A stretch of 51,812 nucleotides of DNA from an uncultured Planctomycetaceae bacterium (GTDB lineage: Bacteria > Planctomycetota > Phycisphaerae > UBA1845 > UTPLA1). Below the pieces are notes generated by a model. That model saw only the letters and a program-made list of their open reading frames with translations, was not told where the DNA came from and did not search any database. Location: positions 1 through 51,812 of the forward strand of contig CAYYBO010000002.1 of NCBI GenBank assembly GCA_964470125.1, written 5' to 3'. The translations under genes were made by a program, and so were the position numbers. Positions 51,810 to 51,812 of this stretch are shown here, piece by piece. Position 1 is the stretch's first letter. The number at the start of each line of letters is the position of its first letter.

Positions 51810-51812
51810 GAG
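51758..51812. repeat. 55-bp terminal overlap identical to 1..55
   Basis: Read directly. See the feature at 1..55. Confidence 0.95.

Overview
GC-rich window (roughly 60-65% GC by eye) containing a complete, circularly closed phage genome. The first 55 bp are identical to the last 55 bp, so the unique length is about 51,757 bp. About 70 credible genes all lie on the + strand. They are tightly packed, with ATGA/TAATG-type stop-start overlaps and AGGAG-type ribosome-binding sites. The long minus-strand ORFs in the track look like high-GC shadow ORFs.

Layout, starting from the only large non-coding region (43.9-44.9 kb):
- a sigma70-like promoter, then small early and acidic proteins
- large terminase (47.3-49.3 kb), then a portal-like gene
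- after the wrap: scaffold-like gene, major-capsid-like gene, a C1q/TNF-like protein
- adaptor, tail and very large internal-virion-like proteins, running to 19.1 kb
- a family A DNA polymerase with an N-terminal UDG-like domain
- a promoter-headed island of membrane protein, lipoprotein and a 500-aa beta-rich protein
- nucleotide-pool enzymes: a MazZ-like dNTP pyrophosphohydrolase domain fused to a DUF4406/deoxyribosyltransferase-like domain, and a metallophosphoesterase
- a recombination/replication module: ERCC4-like nuclease, Cas4/RecB-like Fe-S exonuclease, Sak4-like ATPase, SSB-like protein, D5/P4-type SF3 helicase
- many small ORFs, then a 60-nt tRNA-like element
- a small phosphoribosyltransferase plus a variant (Cx4Cx2C) B12-type radical-SAM block
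- a strong terminator at 43.85 kb

I recognised no integrase, phage RNA polymerase, primase, endolysin or canonical tRNA.

Items most worth follow-up:
- the tRNA-like element and the adjacent PRTase/radical-SAM operon
- the 1-kb control region, with phased CCTAAC iterons, 11 TGGWCCA sites and two inverted 31-bp composite operators
- the MazZ-DUF4406 fusion
- an apparent reading-frame switch in the gene at 45.1-46.3 kb
- near-consensus sigma70 promoters embedded inside coding sequence

All functional calls rest on motif recognition by eye plus gene order. No database search or structure prediction was possible.
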